From a virus, in UHGV virus genome UHGV-0210493: 43,869 nt of DNA; one strand, written 5' to 3'. Shown here in pieces: positions 26,183 to 34,834 of the stretch; positions within the stretch are counted from its first letter, which is position 1, and each line of letters starts with the position of its first letter. The position numbers were made by a program, and so were the translations under genes. The notes beneath the pieces are model-generated. The model ran no database searches and had not been told where the DNA came from. It worked only from the letters and a program-made list of their open reading frames with translations.

Positions 26183-27731
26183 ACACGCCAGAACCAGATT
26201 GTTTCTTCAATCGCTTCAACTCTTCTTCAAACGGAACGCCAGTTAATCGTTCAGCCATTTCACACAATGTTTGATCTGATACGATGCCGACCATTCCAGC
26301 GATTACGCTCATGATTTCTTCGTCTGATTGCGGCACATTCGGCGTAAATTGAATTTGTATCTCGTTTACTTTGTTGTATAGCTGCTCTTGTTGCTTTTCA
26401 TCCGAAACAAAAAAGGCTTTGACTGTATCAATCAAGCCTTGTGGTTTATTCAATTCATCTTTGATGCTCCAAGAGTGTGTAAGCAACCGCAGACGGCGCA
26501 TAATGGCTTTCTTGACCATGCGTTCCTTGTTCTTACGATCGTTGTCTGAACCCCATCCTTTGAAACGGAATCCGATACCTGACTGGTTGGACCCGATGTT
26601 CTCGTCAGTAAAATCAATAAGAGATGTGAAGCGTAAGATATCAGCAACTGTCCGGCTGTCGTTAGCTTCCATTCCTGCAACGTCATACTCTTTTTTTAAA
26701 TAGAAAGCGTCTGGTTCGGAACCAGCTATGCTACCTTCATAAATCTTCTTGTCGCCTAATACAAGCGTTCTAGCTTGCATCATAGCTTGAAGCACTTCCA
26801 TTGGACTATTCTTGCCTGTTGGATCAACAGCGGTGTCAGGATTCCCTTTAATCACCAAGTAGGCTTCTGATGAATCTTGTTGGAAATTCGCCATTTCCGA
26901 GCGTGAAAGGTCGTATGCATCAATGGAATCCATTACATGCTCAAAATCACTTGTGCGCTCTTCGTTGTTTGTCCATTCATTGATCTGCACAGTGTCAAAA
27001 TAGCTTTGAACTGCCCCGTTTTCATCCAGTGTGGCATTTTCCAAATCATCATCTTTAGCTGTGAAGTAATAGTTGTATCCACAGTTTGTGTATAACTCGA
27101 TCCTAGTGAATGACTTATCCAAAAATTTCTCAACGAAGTAATGTACGCCGCAAATCGAGTTTCTGTCTTTTGTGTTGTCGTAAATCACAAATGTTTGCTC
27201 CGCATCAAACTTAGCTATTGTTTCTTTGCCGTATTCGTCACGTCCAACCCATTCATAAGCACGACCTAAGCCAAAGGCATCTCGGCTCATCAACTGATTA
27301 TGGTAGTCCTCGTTAGATTCACTAGCAAACCGATTAATACGTTCGACAATAACCTTATCGCCGTTATAACTAATCGGATTACCTAACAAGACACCTTGTT
27401 TAAACGACACAATAAAGTTAGCGAAATCGCTCGCTATGCGGTTGTCTGCTCTGCCATCTGGCTTGTTTGGACGCCGCTTAATGTTATTGTCTGCATTCAG
27501 ATATCGCTTTAGCTCTTTTAATCTAGGTACTTGTCTTTCACGATGATGCTTGATAAAGCCAACAATCATTTTCCACATATCTTCATGCTTGAAGTCAATA
27601 AACTCGCTGACCTCTCCTGTCTGCTGATCTAACATGTCGATTTTCGGCAACTGACTAACTGGTACCTTATAGACAAGGTTAGCTTCTTCATCAAATCGCT
27701 TTTTACCTAGAAGCTGAATATTCTGTTCCAC
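26112..27731 (-). CDS. portal protein (SPP1 gp6-like)
   Basis: 539 aa directly downstream of TerL. Confidence 0.85.
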   Translation of the reverse strand: MEQNIQLLGKKRFDEEANLVYKVPVSQLPKIDMLDQQTGEVSEFIDFKHEDMWKMIVGFIKHHRERQVPRLKELKRYLNADNNIKRRPNKPDGRADNRIASDFANFIVSFKQGVLLGNPISYNGDKVIVERINRFASESNEDYHNQLMSRDAFGLGRAYEWVGRDEYGKETIAKFDAEQTFVIYDNTKDRNSICGVHYFVEKFLDKSFTRIELYTNCGYNYYFTAKDDDLENATLDENGAVQSYFDTVQINEWTNNEERTSDFEHVMDSIDAYDLSRSEMANFQQDSSEAYLVIKGNPDTAVDPTGKNSPMEVLQAMMQARTLVLGDKKIYEGSIAGSEPDAFYLKKEYDVAGMEANDSRTVADILRFTSLIDFTDENIGSNQSGIGFRFKGWGSDNDRKNKERMVKKAIMRRLRLLTHSWSIKDELNKPQGLIDTVKAFFVSDEKQQEQLYNKVNEIQIQFTPNVPQSDEEIMSVIAGMVGIVSDQTLCEMAERLTGVPFEEELKRLKKQSGSGVFDSDKETDTEVEEDEQKDDEAST

Positions 27732-27741
27732 TGTATCACCT

Positions 27742-29154
27742 CTACAATCCTAGTTTTTTGAATGTGTCGATCGTCTTCATGACATCTATTTTTTCTGTTG
27801 TGTTCATGCTCATCGTTTCGGCGATGCCTGTTGTAGCATCTGGAGCATCGTCATGTTTGTTCTTTCCTTCTCGCTGGTATGTAGTCATTGCCTTGTAGTA
27901 ATCAGGAAACCTTGTTCTCCAATCACTCGGCATCCGTACATATTGTTCAACCCAATGGCTGTTGGAATAGATTCTCGCTTCTTTATTGGCACTTTGAAAG
28001 AAATCGGATATTGCAGCTGCACATTTCCCTTTTACTTTCTCTCTTACGGAACGAGCAAAAGACCGACCGCCGTTGTTGCGCTCGATACGTGATGTATTCA
28101 CTTTGAAGTTAATCAATTGATTTGCAACTGCGCTCTCCGTGTATTCCATTGGCTGTTGCGTATAGATGACATCTAAAACGTCCTGATAGCCATCTAGCGT
28201 TTCTCCCCAAACAATCGAACAAAGGTAGTCCTTACCAGTATCGGCAGTATCGCAATAATGCCAAATCTTCTTATAGTTAGATCTATTGCTATAAGTCTTG
28301 AACTCTCCGTACAATCTCCCTTTAATATCGATAGGCTCTTGTTGGTAGTTTGCGCTAGCGATGTCGGCACCCATTGTTTTAACTTTACGCTGGTAATCCT
28401 CAAAAGAAAGGACATCTTCACAAAGCATCCGACCGTTCTTTTCATCATATGCTTGAAAGTTAATGTGCTTAACCTTATATCCACTAAGTGGTAGTTCCTT
28501 CAATGCTCTACCTGCCAAATCATTGCTATGCCATCTAGTCATGTTGATAATAATCTTACCGTTACTCTCAAGACGGGATAGCATAGTATTTACAAACCAT
28601 TCCCAATGTTTATCCAAAACTGCAGCGTTGTTTGCTTCATCTGCATTCTTGATTACGTCATCAATGATGATGATATCTGCACCAAAACCAGTAGCTGTAC
28701 CAGTAGGCGATGTAGCCAGGTAGTTATTATAGCCATCTTCCAAACTCCAAAGATTCATTGCGCCATCGCCATATTTGATTTTTGCGTCGAATATATCGGC
28801 GTACACTATCATATCTTTGTCGGCTTTTATCTCTTGGATCGTGTTCCTCACATTCTTGGAAAATACAGTTGATAGAGTCTCATTATACGAACCAGTCATA
28901 ATCTTTTTTGTATGATCGTTACCTAGCACCCATTCAACAAATCGACCAAGCGTCAAAGATTTTCCGTGTCTGGGAGGCATATTAAGCACAAGCACGTCAT
29001 GTTCATTATCATCAAGAAACGACTGGAACTCTCCGCAAACAGAAATGAGGTACTCTCTATCGGCTTTATAGAACGCAGGCATAATCAAATGGCAATAATC
29101 GAAAAAATATCTCTTGGCCAATTCTATCTTGGCACCTAATGCAATTTTATCCAT
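27742..29154 (-). CDS. terL: terminase large subunit
   Basis: Walker A-like GKS region; C-terminal nuclease-like acidic residues; start at ATG MDKIAL (track's longer start is TTG). Confidence 0.85.
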   Translation of the reverse strand: MDKIALGAKIELAKRYFFDYCHLIMPAFYKADREYLISVCGEFQSFLDDNEHDVLVLNMPPRHGKSLTLGRFVEWVLGNDHTKKIMTGSYNETLSTVFSKNVRNTIQEIKADKDMIVYADIFDAKIKYGDGAMNLWSLEDGYNNYLATSPTGTATGFGADIIIIDDVIKNADEANNAAVLDKHWEWFVNTMLSRLESNGKIIINMTRWHSNDLAGRALKELPLSGYKVKHINFQAYDEKNGRMLCEDVLSFEDYQRKVKTMGADIASANYQQEPIDIKGRLYGEFKTYSNRSNYKKIWHYCDTADTGKDYLCSIVWGETLDGYQDVLDVIYTQQPMEYTESAVANQLINFKVNTSRIERNNGGRSFARSVREKVKGKCAAAISDFFQSANKEARIYSNSHWVEQYVRMPSDWRTRFPDYYKAMTTYQREGKNKHDDAPDATTGIAETMSMNTTEKIDVMKTIDTFKKLGL

Positions 29155-29608
29155 CCCGACTCGCCAACTTCCGCAATTCCTCTTCGGAAAGATTAGCAAA
29201 AGGATTGCTTACCGTCATGTTGCCAGATACCTCGGTTTCTTTTTTATCACGCCATTCATCTGGCTTGCGATTTTTCAACCAGAATATTTGAGCAGTAGTA
29301 TCAGGCGCTTGCTGTTTAGTGACAAATTTTGTTACTCTCATGCCATCTTCGGTCAGCTCTTGGGTAGTTTCTTTGAATTCGTATCCTAATGCTCGTTTAA
29401 GCAATGCATTCTCAACTTGCCGATCAACTACTTCTTTTCCTCTTTTTAAGGACTCCGATAACACCGAGTATTTCTTTTTCCACTCATGAAGAGTTGACTC
29501 AGCAATATTCATGTTATGTGCTACTTGTTTATCGGTAAGGCCATCACGAGCCCAACCTTCGATTTTCAATAGCCCTTCTTCAGTTAGCCACTCTGTGTAT
29601 TTTGCCAT
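29147..29608 (-). CDS. terS: terminase small subunit
   Basis: N-terminal HTH (GLTDKQVAHNMNIAESTLHEW); overlaps the terL start. Confidence 0.7.
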   Translation of the reverse strand: MAKYTEWLTEEGLLKIEGWARDGLTDKQVAHNMNIAESTLHEWKKKYSVLSESLKRGKEVVDRQVENALLKRALGYEFKETTQELTEDGMRVTKFVTKQQAPDTTAQIFWLKNRKPDEWRDKKETEVSGNMTVSNPFANLSEEELRKLASRDG

Positions 29609-29623
29609 GACCTCACCTTCTTT

Positions 29624-29938
29624 CTAAAAGTTCTTCTTAACTAGCGTTGCGCCTTCTCGCTCATATTTTTTAATGAACTCCTCAACGTTTGGTTGAGTAC
29701 GGGATACTACTGCAATAGATAACCAACAAGCTGTTAATAATCGGTTATATCCGATATCAGCATTCACATAGTTCCCACTCCATACAGGTTTAATCTCATT
29801 GCTGATCAGCTTACCCTCTTTATCCAGAATAGGGTTCTCTGTAAAGTATCTATCGTTCTCTCCCTCAATCGCCTTCTTGTATGCTTCAGCGAATTCGGGT
29901 TCTACATCAACCGTTAATAACGCTTCATAGAATTTCAT
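29624..29938 (-). CDS. hypothetical protein
   Basis: ORF track. Confidence 0.45.
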   Translation of the reverse strand: MKFYEALLTVDVEPEFAEAYKKAIEGENDRYFTENPILDKEGKLISNEIKPVWSGNYVNADIGYNRLLTACWLSIAVVSRTQPNVEEFIKKYEREGATLVKKNF

Positions 29939-30258
29939 ATGCGAGCATCTCCTGACTTAGCAAGAATACGGCCGGCAATTTCTTTGCCATTAATAGCCAT
30001 GTTTAGTTCAGATGCTTTATTTCCCCCAGTGTGAATATGATACTCTTCATTCTTTTCTACTTCTGGCGAGTATACGACTTCAAGGGCTAATTTATTAGTA
30101 ACATCATCGTATTCAACCAATTCCAGATTTATCGATTGAACTCTACTTAAGTCTAATTGCTCAAAAGCGCTAAACGCATTTCTTAACATAATTCTTTTTT
30201 CTTCGTTCACATTCCATACCTCCTTAACTTCTCTGCGATATGCGGATCGTTCTCCCAC
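29935..30258 (-). CDS. hypothetical protein
   Basis: ORF track. Confidence 0.4.
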   Translation of the reverse strand: MGERSAYRREVKEVWNVNEEKRIMLRNAFSAFEQLDLSRVQSINLELVEYDDVTNKLALEVVYSPEVEKNEEYHIHTGGNKASELNMAINGKEIAGRILAKSGDARI

Positions 30259-30422
30259 CCATGCCCAATGTATATAAGCCTATGCCGATCGATATACTCG
30301 TCACTAAACTGCTGATAACATTCAAGCAACGTGTGCTTTGGTTTCAACTCCGCTTGACGGATATTTTTATGATTTAGTATTCCTACTGATAGTTGGATGT
30401 AATAGTAATGCATATCAGTCAC
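30207..30422 (-). CDS. hypothetical protein
   Basis: ORF track. Confidence 0.4.
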   Translation of the reverse strand: MTDMHYYYIQLSVGILNHKNIRQAELKPKHTLLECYQQFSDEYIDRHRLIYIGHGWENDPHIAEKLRRYGM

Positions 30423-31654
30423 CCCAGCTCATAGATTACTTTCAGCTTGTCTGCTGAATACTCAAAGGCCTGTGTGCTCTTATAGTTCATTGTGTAACCA
30501 TTCTCCGACTCATACTGATCGTTAGGTTTTATTGTTCCTAACTGCCGATGAATAACTCCTTTAAGGTTTTGAGCTTCCATTGAGTGATAATGCCCTTGGT
30601 GAATCTCTAGCCAACTACTCTTGCTCCATACGTCTCGAAACTCGGTAGCGAAAAGCATAGGATAATCGCCTTTCTTGCCGAAGTGTCCATGAGTGAGCAT
30701 AATGCCTACATTTTCTAGCTGATATGCGATCCTTGGCAGGTTGTGTTTGTTTACCGTTACTTGTGGATAGAGTGTTTCTAAGTACATTAGGAACAAATAC
30801 TCAAAGTCACTGTGATTACCACTGGCAAATTCAATCCGCACCTCTGAGCTTTTTCTTAAAGATTCATCGATCAGCGTAATGAAGAATGTTTTAGCCAACT
30901 CAATTGCTTCGACCATATCCACATCTTCGAGTTGAGTACCTTTGATTGTTTGGCTTGCCTTCATAGCGTTTGAGTGAAAGATGTCACCCAACACCTCTAT
31001 GACGATTGTCTTATAGCCTTTATTTATGATTGCTAATACATCGGATAGATAGGTTTCAAACTTTCGTTCCGACAAAATAGGGAAATGCAAATCAGCCAAC
31101 GGTATGACTAGATTGCACTTCCCTTTGGTAATTGGTTGAATTGTAATCGGCTTAGTACTTTGCAGCAATTTCGTAGCCAACGTTTGAATGCTCTTTGTCG
31201 CCCTCGGCTTAACAACTATCTTTGATTGATAAAGCTGTATAAGTCCATCTACTTGGTTGTTCTGTTCCCAGATGTTGTTAGTTGCTTGGACCAGTTCCCA
31301 ATTTTCGGGATCGTATCCGTGTGCTTGTAATACATAATCAGGATTCTTTGACTGTTCTTCAGTCATACGTAACTTGATAAGATTAGTCTGAGTACCATCT
31401 GATTTAATTTCTGTAGACACTACATTCTTCTTAGCCTTATCTGTTTGCTTAACACGCATATTCTTTTCGCTCGGTGGCAACTTCAACCTAGCGCGCTTAC
31501 TTCTAACGCTTGGCCATGAAAACTCTTTGCCGAACTCCTCTGACAGCATAGGCGCTATCTCTATATTTGTTAGTCCTTCATTTGCCAATTCCGACAATCG
31601 TTTGACTTGCTGTTCCGTCCATTTAGTAATGTCTGCCACCTCGCTTTTCTGCAA
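30419..31654 (-). CDS. HTH-domain + calcineurin-like metallophosphoesterase fusion protein
   Basis: Motifs DLH, GDIFH, GNHSD, THGH, GHYH in the C-terminal half; N-terminal TerS/sigma-r4-like HTH; annotated start is TTG. Confidence 0.7.
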   Translation of the reverse strand: MQKSEVADITKWTEQQVKRLSELANEGLTNIEIAPMLSEEFGKEFSWPSVRSKRARLKLPPSEKNMRVKQTDKAKKNVVSTEIKSDGTQTNLIKLRMTEEQSKNPDYVLQAHGYDPENWELVQATNNIWEQNNQVDGLIQLYQSKIVVKPRATKSIQTLATKLLQSTKPITIQPITKGKCNLVIPLADLHFPILSERKFETYLSDVLAIINKGYKTIVIEVLGDIFHSNAMKASQTIKGTQLEDVDMVEAIELAKTFFITLIDESLRKSSEVRIEFASGNHSDFEYLFLMYLETLYPQVTVNKHNLPRIAYQLENVGIMLTHGHFGKKGDYPMLFATEFRDVWSKSSWLEIHQGHYHSMEAQNLKGVIHRQLGTIKPNDQYESENGYTMNYKSTQAFEYSADKLKVIYELG

Positions 31655-31681
31655 AATAAAAAGCCACTCGCAATGAGTGAC
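31653..31681 (-). terminator. rho-independent terminator (minus strand) downstream of the tRNA, abutting the phosphoesterase start
   Basis: GTCACTC-ATTGC-GAGTGGC hairpin followed by TTTTTATTTT on the minus strand. Confidence 0.5.
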
Positions 31682-31765
31682 TTCGATATGTACGTCCCCG
31701 CTTGGGACACATTGCTAAGAGGTGTGCGAGGTTCTATCAGTTTTTTGGGATTACTGTGAACCCTA

Positions 31766-31838
31766 TTGACGTGACCGGACTCGAACCGGCGACCTCTTGG
31801 CTATTCACCAAACGCTCTGGCCGCTGAGCTACACGCCA
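31766..31838 (-). tRNA. tRNA with atypical anticodon loop (nominal anticodon AAU with G33; assignment uncertain)
   Basis: Cloverleaf by hand: acceptor TGGCGTG/CACGTCA, D-arm GCTC-AGCGGCCA-GAGC, T-arm GCCGG-TTCGAGT-CCGGT, anticodon stem TTTGG/CCAAG with loop TGAATAG; no encoded CCA. Confidence 0.7.
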
Positions 31839-31942
31839 CGACTTATAAAGAATACAATTAGGGTGGTACGGATTATCAGTCCGATCATATTACGTCCGAC
31901 TTAACTAGTATGCGGAATCAACCTAATGTTTCTAATGCGTTA

Positions 31943-32034
31943 TGTCACTGGCAAGGATTTGCACCTTGCATGGCACCTAAGTCCCTAAAATCGGAATGCC
32001 TTTCTGAAGCGTCTACCTATTCCGCCACAGTGAC
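31943..32034 (-). ncRNA. type-II (Leu-like) tRNA-like element / degenerate tRNA
   Basis: Perfect 7-bp acceptor GTCACTG/CAGTGAC; U8 G9; D-arm GCG-GAATAGGTAGA-CGC almost identical to bacterial tRNA-Leu; T-arm-like GCAAGG-TGCAAAT-CCTTGC; no canonical anticodon arm found. Confidence 0.4.
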
Positions 32035-32152
32035 TATCGCCCACAGAATAATTTTTACGTATCAAAAGGAGGTTGAATGCCGTTGTGCTTGTGGGCGATA
32101 TCTGATAATACTAATTTACCACGTTTTTAGACCTCGAAAGTTTGAAAATCGT

Positions 32153-32566
32153 TTAAATATCAAGGCTTCTATCCAATTCCTCAAAGAATTTGTCTCTTAA
32201 AGTGAATGCTTTATTCCTACCGCACTTGATAACTAGATTGTCAACTAAACCTTGCATCGTATACTGAGGAAATCGTTTGATATACAACTCTCGAATGATC
32301 GTCTCAGTGTCACTGCCGCACTCATCGAGAAGCTCTTGTACAATCTGCTTATTGCGTTTCAAACGCCGAATCTGTTTATCCGTCTCGATGGTCCACAATG
32401 TACCGAACATCAAATCGCTGTCGCTTCTTGTTCCCTTGATATCCCCATTAACATCCTCTTCTCGATACGGAACCCGAATCTCTTCTTCAAGCTTTCTGAC
32501 GTACTTATCCGTATCTCGGTAATCTTTCAACACTGCCTTGACTCGTTCAACACGCCATTTCTCCAA
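32153..32566 (-). CDS. ArpU-family late transcriptional regulator
   Basis: 137 aa; sigma-like regulator typical upstream of packaging genes in Firmicutes phages. Confidence 0.7.
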   Translation of the reverse strand: MEKWRVERVKAVLKDYRDTDKYVRKLEEEIRVPYREEDVNGDIKGTRSDSDLMFGTLWTIETDKQIRRLKRNKQIVQELLDECGSDTETIIRELYIKRFPQYTMQGLVDNLVIKCGRNKAFTLRDKFFEELDRSLDI

Positions 32567-32603
32567 TCACTTGCCCTCCCTGTTTGTCTACATATTATTA
32601 CGT

Positions 32604-32939
32604 TTAAATAAACATCATCACAATCCAACCAATGAGCATAAACATTAAATTGATTGATAAAACTCTTATAAAGCTACTCAAAATCGTTTCATTCTCATTG
32701 TTGGGTTGTTTCTGCATAACGATAAAGCTCACTACCACGTCTAATCCTGTTGCTTGTCCCCAAGTCAAAAGAGGCAGCCCGAACGTTTGAGGGATAACCC
32801 CATTCCAAAGGAACATAACGACATATCCCCCAAATGCGATTGAGAACCCTAAAACCGCAAACGCTCCAATCATTTTCAAAAACGCTACAGCAGCTTCGCC
32901 TATTACATCTTTTTCTTCATTCATTAAATTTTCTCCCAT
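32604..32939 (-). CDS. small membrane protein
   Basis: Three hydrophobic segments; ORF track. Confidence 0.45.
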   Translation of the reverse strand: MGENLMNEEKDVIGEAAVAFLKMIGAFAVLGFSIAFGGYVVMFLWNGVIPQTFGLPLLTWGQATGLDVVVSFIVMQKQPNNENETILSSFIRVLSINLMFMLIGWIVMMFI

Positions 32940-33072
32940 TCATTTGTTTTTTGACTTTCCTCAAACTTTTCTTTGGCAATGTCTTGCTTCTCATTTTCAT
33001 CTAATTCTTTACCGAAAATCACACTTGCAAATACCGCCGCTATTACAGCTACAAATATCAAAACCGCTTCTG

Positions 33073-33273
33073 TCATTTTTGTGCCTTCTCAATTTCCCGC
33101 TCTAGCCATTCATCTTTCTTTGCTAGCAAGGCGCCTTCTTTGGAGTAATATTCATCGATCAACCTTGCTGGATTTTCTTTGGTTCCCTCACCTTCATACG
33201 AAACAACATGAATAACTTCCATCATTTTAACTTGTCGAACATGATTTGATTTTTTAGGTATTTTCATGGTCAC
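33073..33273 (-). CDS. hypothetical protein
   Basis: ORF track. Confidence 0.4.
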   Translation of the reverse strand: MTMKIPKKSNHVRQVKMMEVIHVVSYEGEGTKENPARLIDEYYSKEGALLAKKDEWLEREIEKAQK

Positions 33274-33509
33274 CCTCCACTTTCCATCGCATCCCTAACT
33301 AACGGATCATTGATAATAATCTTGTACTTCATCTGCTCATGCTGCAGCTGCTGTTCTAGCTGCTCAATTTGTTTCTGCTGGTCCACTATTGTATAGGATA
33401 GCCAACTCAAGCCTGCGATCGTCAGCAGCACTATGATGATTGCTTGGCTAGTTTTCATTGGCTTGCTCCAGCAGGTTTGGGTTCTCCCAAAAATTACCAA
33501 TGACTTCAT
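33270..33509 (-). CDS. small membrane / coiled-coil protein
   Basis: ORF track; TM plus QQLQ-rich region. Confidence 0.4.
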   Translation of the reverse strand: MKSLVIFGRTQTCWSKPMKTSQAIIIVLLTIAGLSWLSYTIVDQQKQIEQLEQQLQHEQMKYKIIINDPLVRDAMESGG

Positions 33510-33858
33510 GATTAGTTGTTACATCGTAACTCTCACCTGTATTCCTATGACCTAATCTATAATCGCTTTTCTTTTTTACAACTACAAAGCCAGCTTCTTG
33601 TTGAAGATACGCAACATATCCAACATTACCATATTGATTCACTAAAATATCCCCCTCGAAAATCTCCACGCCGTTCTTGTCTTTCAAGCCAGTGGATTGC
33701 ATGAGGACTACTTCTTTAAACCAATACCACTCGCTGTCGTTTTCAATTTTGAGACTAACCATACTTCTGCTTAAATCAATTTGTAGCACATCATGCATTG
33801 TTTTTGTTTCGGTTAAAAACGCTCTAAATTTCGGTACCATTTTGTCCCTCCTGTTCAA
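33448..33858 (-). CDS. YopX-family protein
   Basis: LMQSTGLKDKNGVEIFEGDIL matches the conserved YopX core. Confidence 0.7.
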   Translation of the reverse strand: MNRRDKMVPKFRAFLTETKTMHDVLQIDLSRSMVSLKIENDSEWYWFKEVVLMQSTGLKDKNGVEIFEGDILVNQYGNVGYVAYLQQEAGFVVVKKKSDYRLGHRNTGESYDVTTNHEVIGNFWENPNLLEQANEN

Positions 33859-34036
33859 TCAAACGAATAGCGGGCCCACAAGCAAACTCATTATTAAATC
33901 TGTAAATATTTTTCCTCACAGAATCCAGATCTTCTTCTTTAATTTCTTGATTCATTTTGTATGAAAAATTTGCCCAATCATTAAAAGAATCAAGCCATCC
34001 TTGTTCCTCATTGTCAGTGGTAATGATATATTTCAT
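33824..34036 (-). CDS. hypothetical protein
   Basis: ORF track. Confidence 0.4.
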   Translation of the reverse strand: MKYIITTDNEEQGWLDSFNDWANFSYKMNQEIKEEDLDSVRKNIYRFNNEFACGPAIRLIEQEGQNGTEI

Positions 34037-34075
34037 TCTTATCCCTCCTGTTTCACTGGTGTGTGTAATTTTGCA

Positions 34076-34249
34076 TCAACCATTTCCATTTTGGAAATAG
34101 TTCAATCTTGCTTTCAATTCTTCCAAATCCATTTCAGCATAGCTTCTATTTCCGTGCCATTGTCTGATAAACTCTTGATCGTTGGTTTCTAATGCTCTTT
34201 CAATTGCAGCAATTTTATTTTTTATTATCTTTTCGCTTGTTTTGCTCAT
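34076..34249 (-). CDS. small hypothetical protein (57 aa)
   Basis: AAAGGAGTATGG RBS + ATG; flanked by 18-bp repeats; not in track. Confidence 0.35.
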   Translation of the reverse strand: MSKTSEKIIKNKIAAIERALETNDQEFIRQWHGNRSYAEMDLEELKARLNYFQNGNG

Positions 34250-34462
34250 CTACCATACTCCTTTGGTATTTTCCATTTTGGAAATAGCCATTTCGTTATC
34301 GCTGACGATTGCGGAATTACTTCTTCCTAATTTCATATTTAATTTCATTTGCATGGATCCACATGGATGTCAGCAACCCGAAGAAAATCGAAAAATCGGC
34401 GTTTCCTCCAAATAAGTATCTGTTAACTCCATATACAACACATCCCCCAACAAAGGCTGCCA

Positions 34463-34801
34463 TCACTCTTCCTCCTGTTTCAAAGCCTGCAATACCTGTA
34501 ATATTTCCTGATCTGTAAAAGATTTGATATTAGACTTAGTCGTAAATCTTTGACCGAGAACCCAGATTAAACCGAGCATGTTTTTATCTTTTTGAGATTC
34601 TTTAATCTCCCTCAGGTCTTCCAAAAGTAGCTTCTGATTATTGTTGAGTTGCGGTTGTTTTAACATTTCAACAGCTTTATTAAATTCACTAGCGGTATAG
34701 CTTTTCCCATCAACTATTATTGACGGTTCAATATCTATACTTTTTAAAGTCGCACCACTGATTGTACCTGCAGTTATTTTGTATTCTTCACTCACATTCA
34801 T
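34463..34801 (-). CDS. hypothetical protein
   Basis: ORF track. Confidence 0.45.
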   Translation of the reverse strand: MNVSEEYKITAGTISGATLKSIDIEPSIIVDGKSYTASEFNKAVEMLKQPQLNNNQKLLLEDLREIKESQKDKNMLGLIWVLGQRFTTKSNIKSFTDQEILQVLQALKQEEE

Positions 34802-34834
34802 TCCTCGCTTTCTGCTATTTCGTCGGATAGTGGA

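Noticed and set aside
31766-31838. tRNA as the prophage integration site (attP within the tRNA)
   Set aside because: The tRNA lies about 27 kb from int in the middle of the late operon and the integrase is a large serine recombinase, which does not typically target tRNA genes. It is a phage-borne tRNA.
31910-32200. 96-aa plus-strand ORF
   Set aside because: Overlaps the tRNA-like element and inverted-repeat RNA structure region; no RBS; Cys/His-rich nonsense composition. The region is better explained as non-coding RNA on the minus strand.
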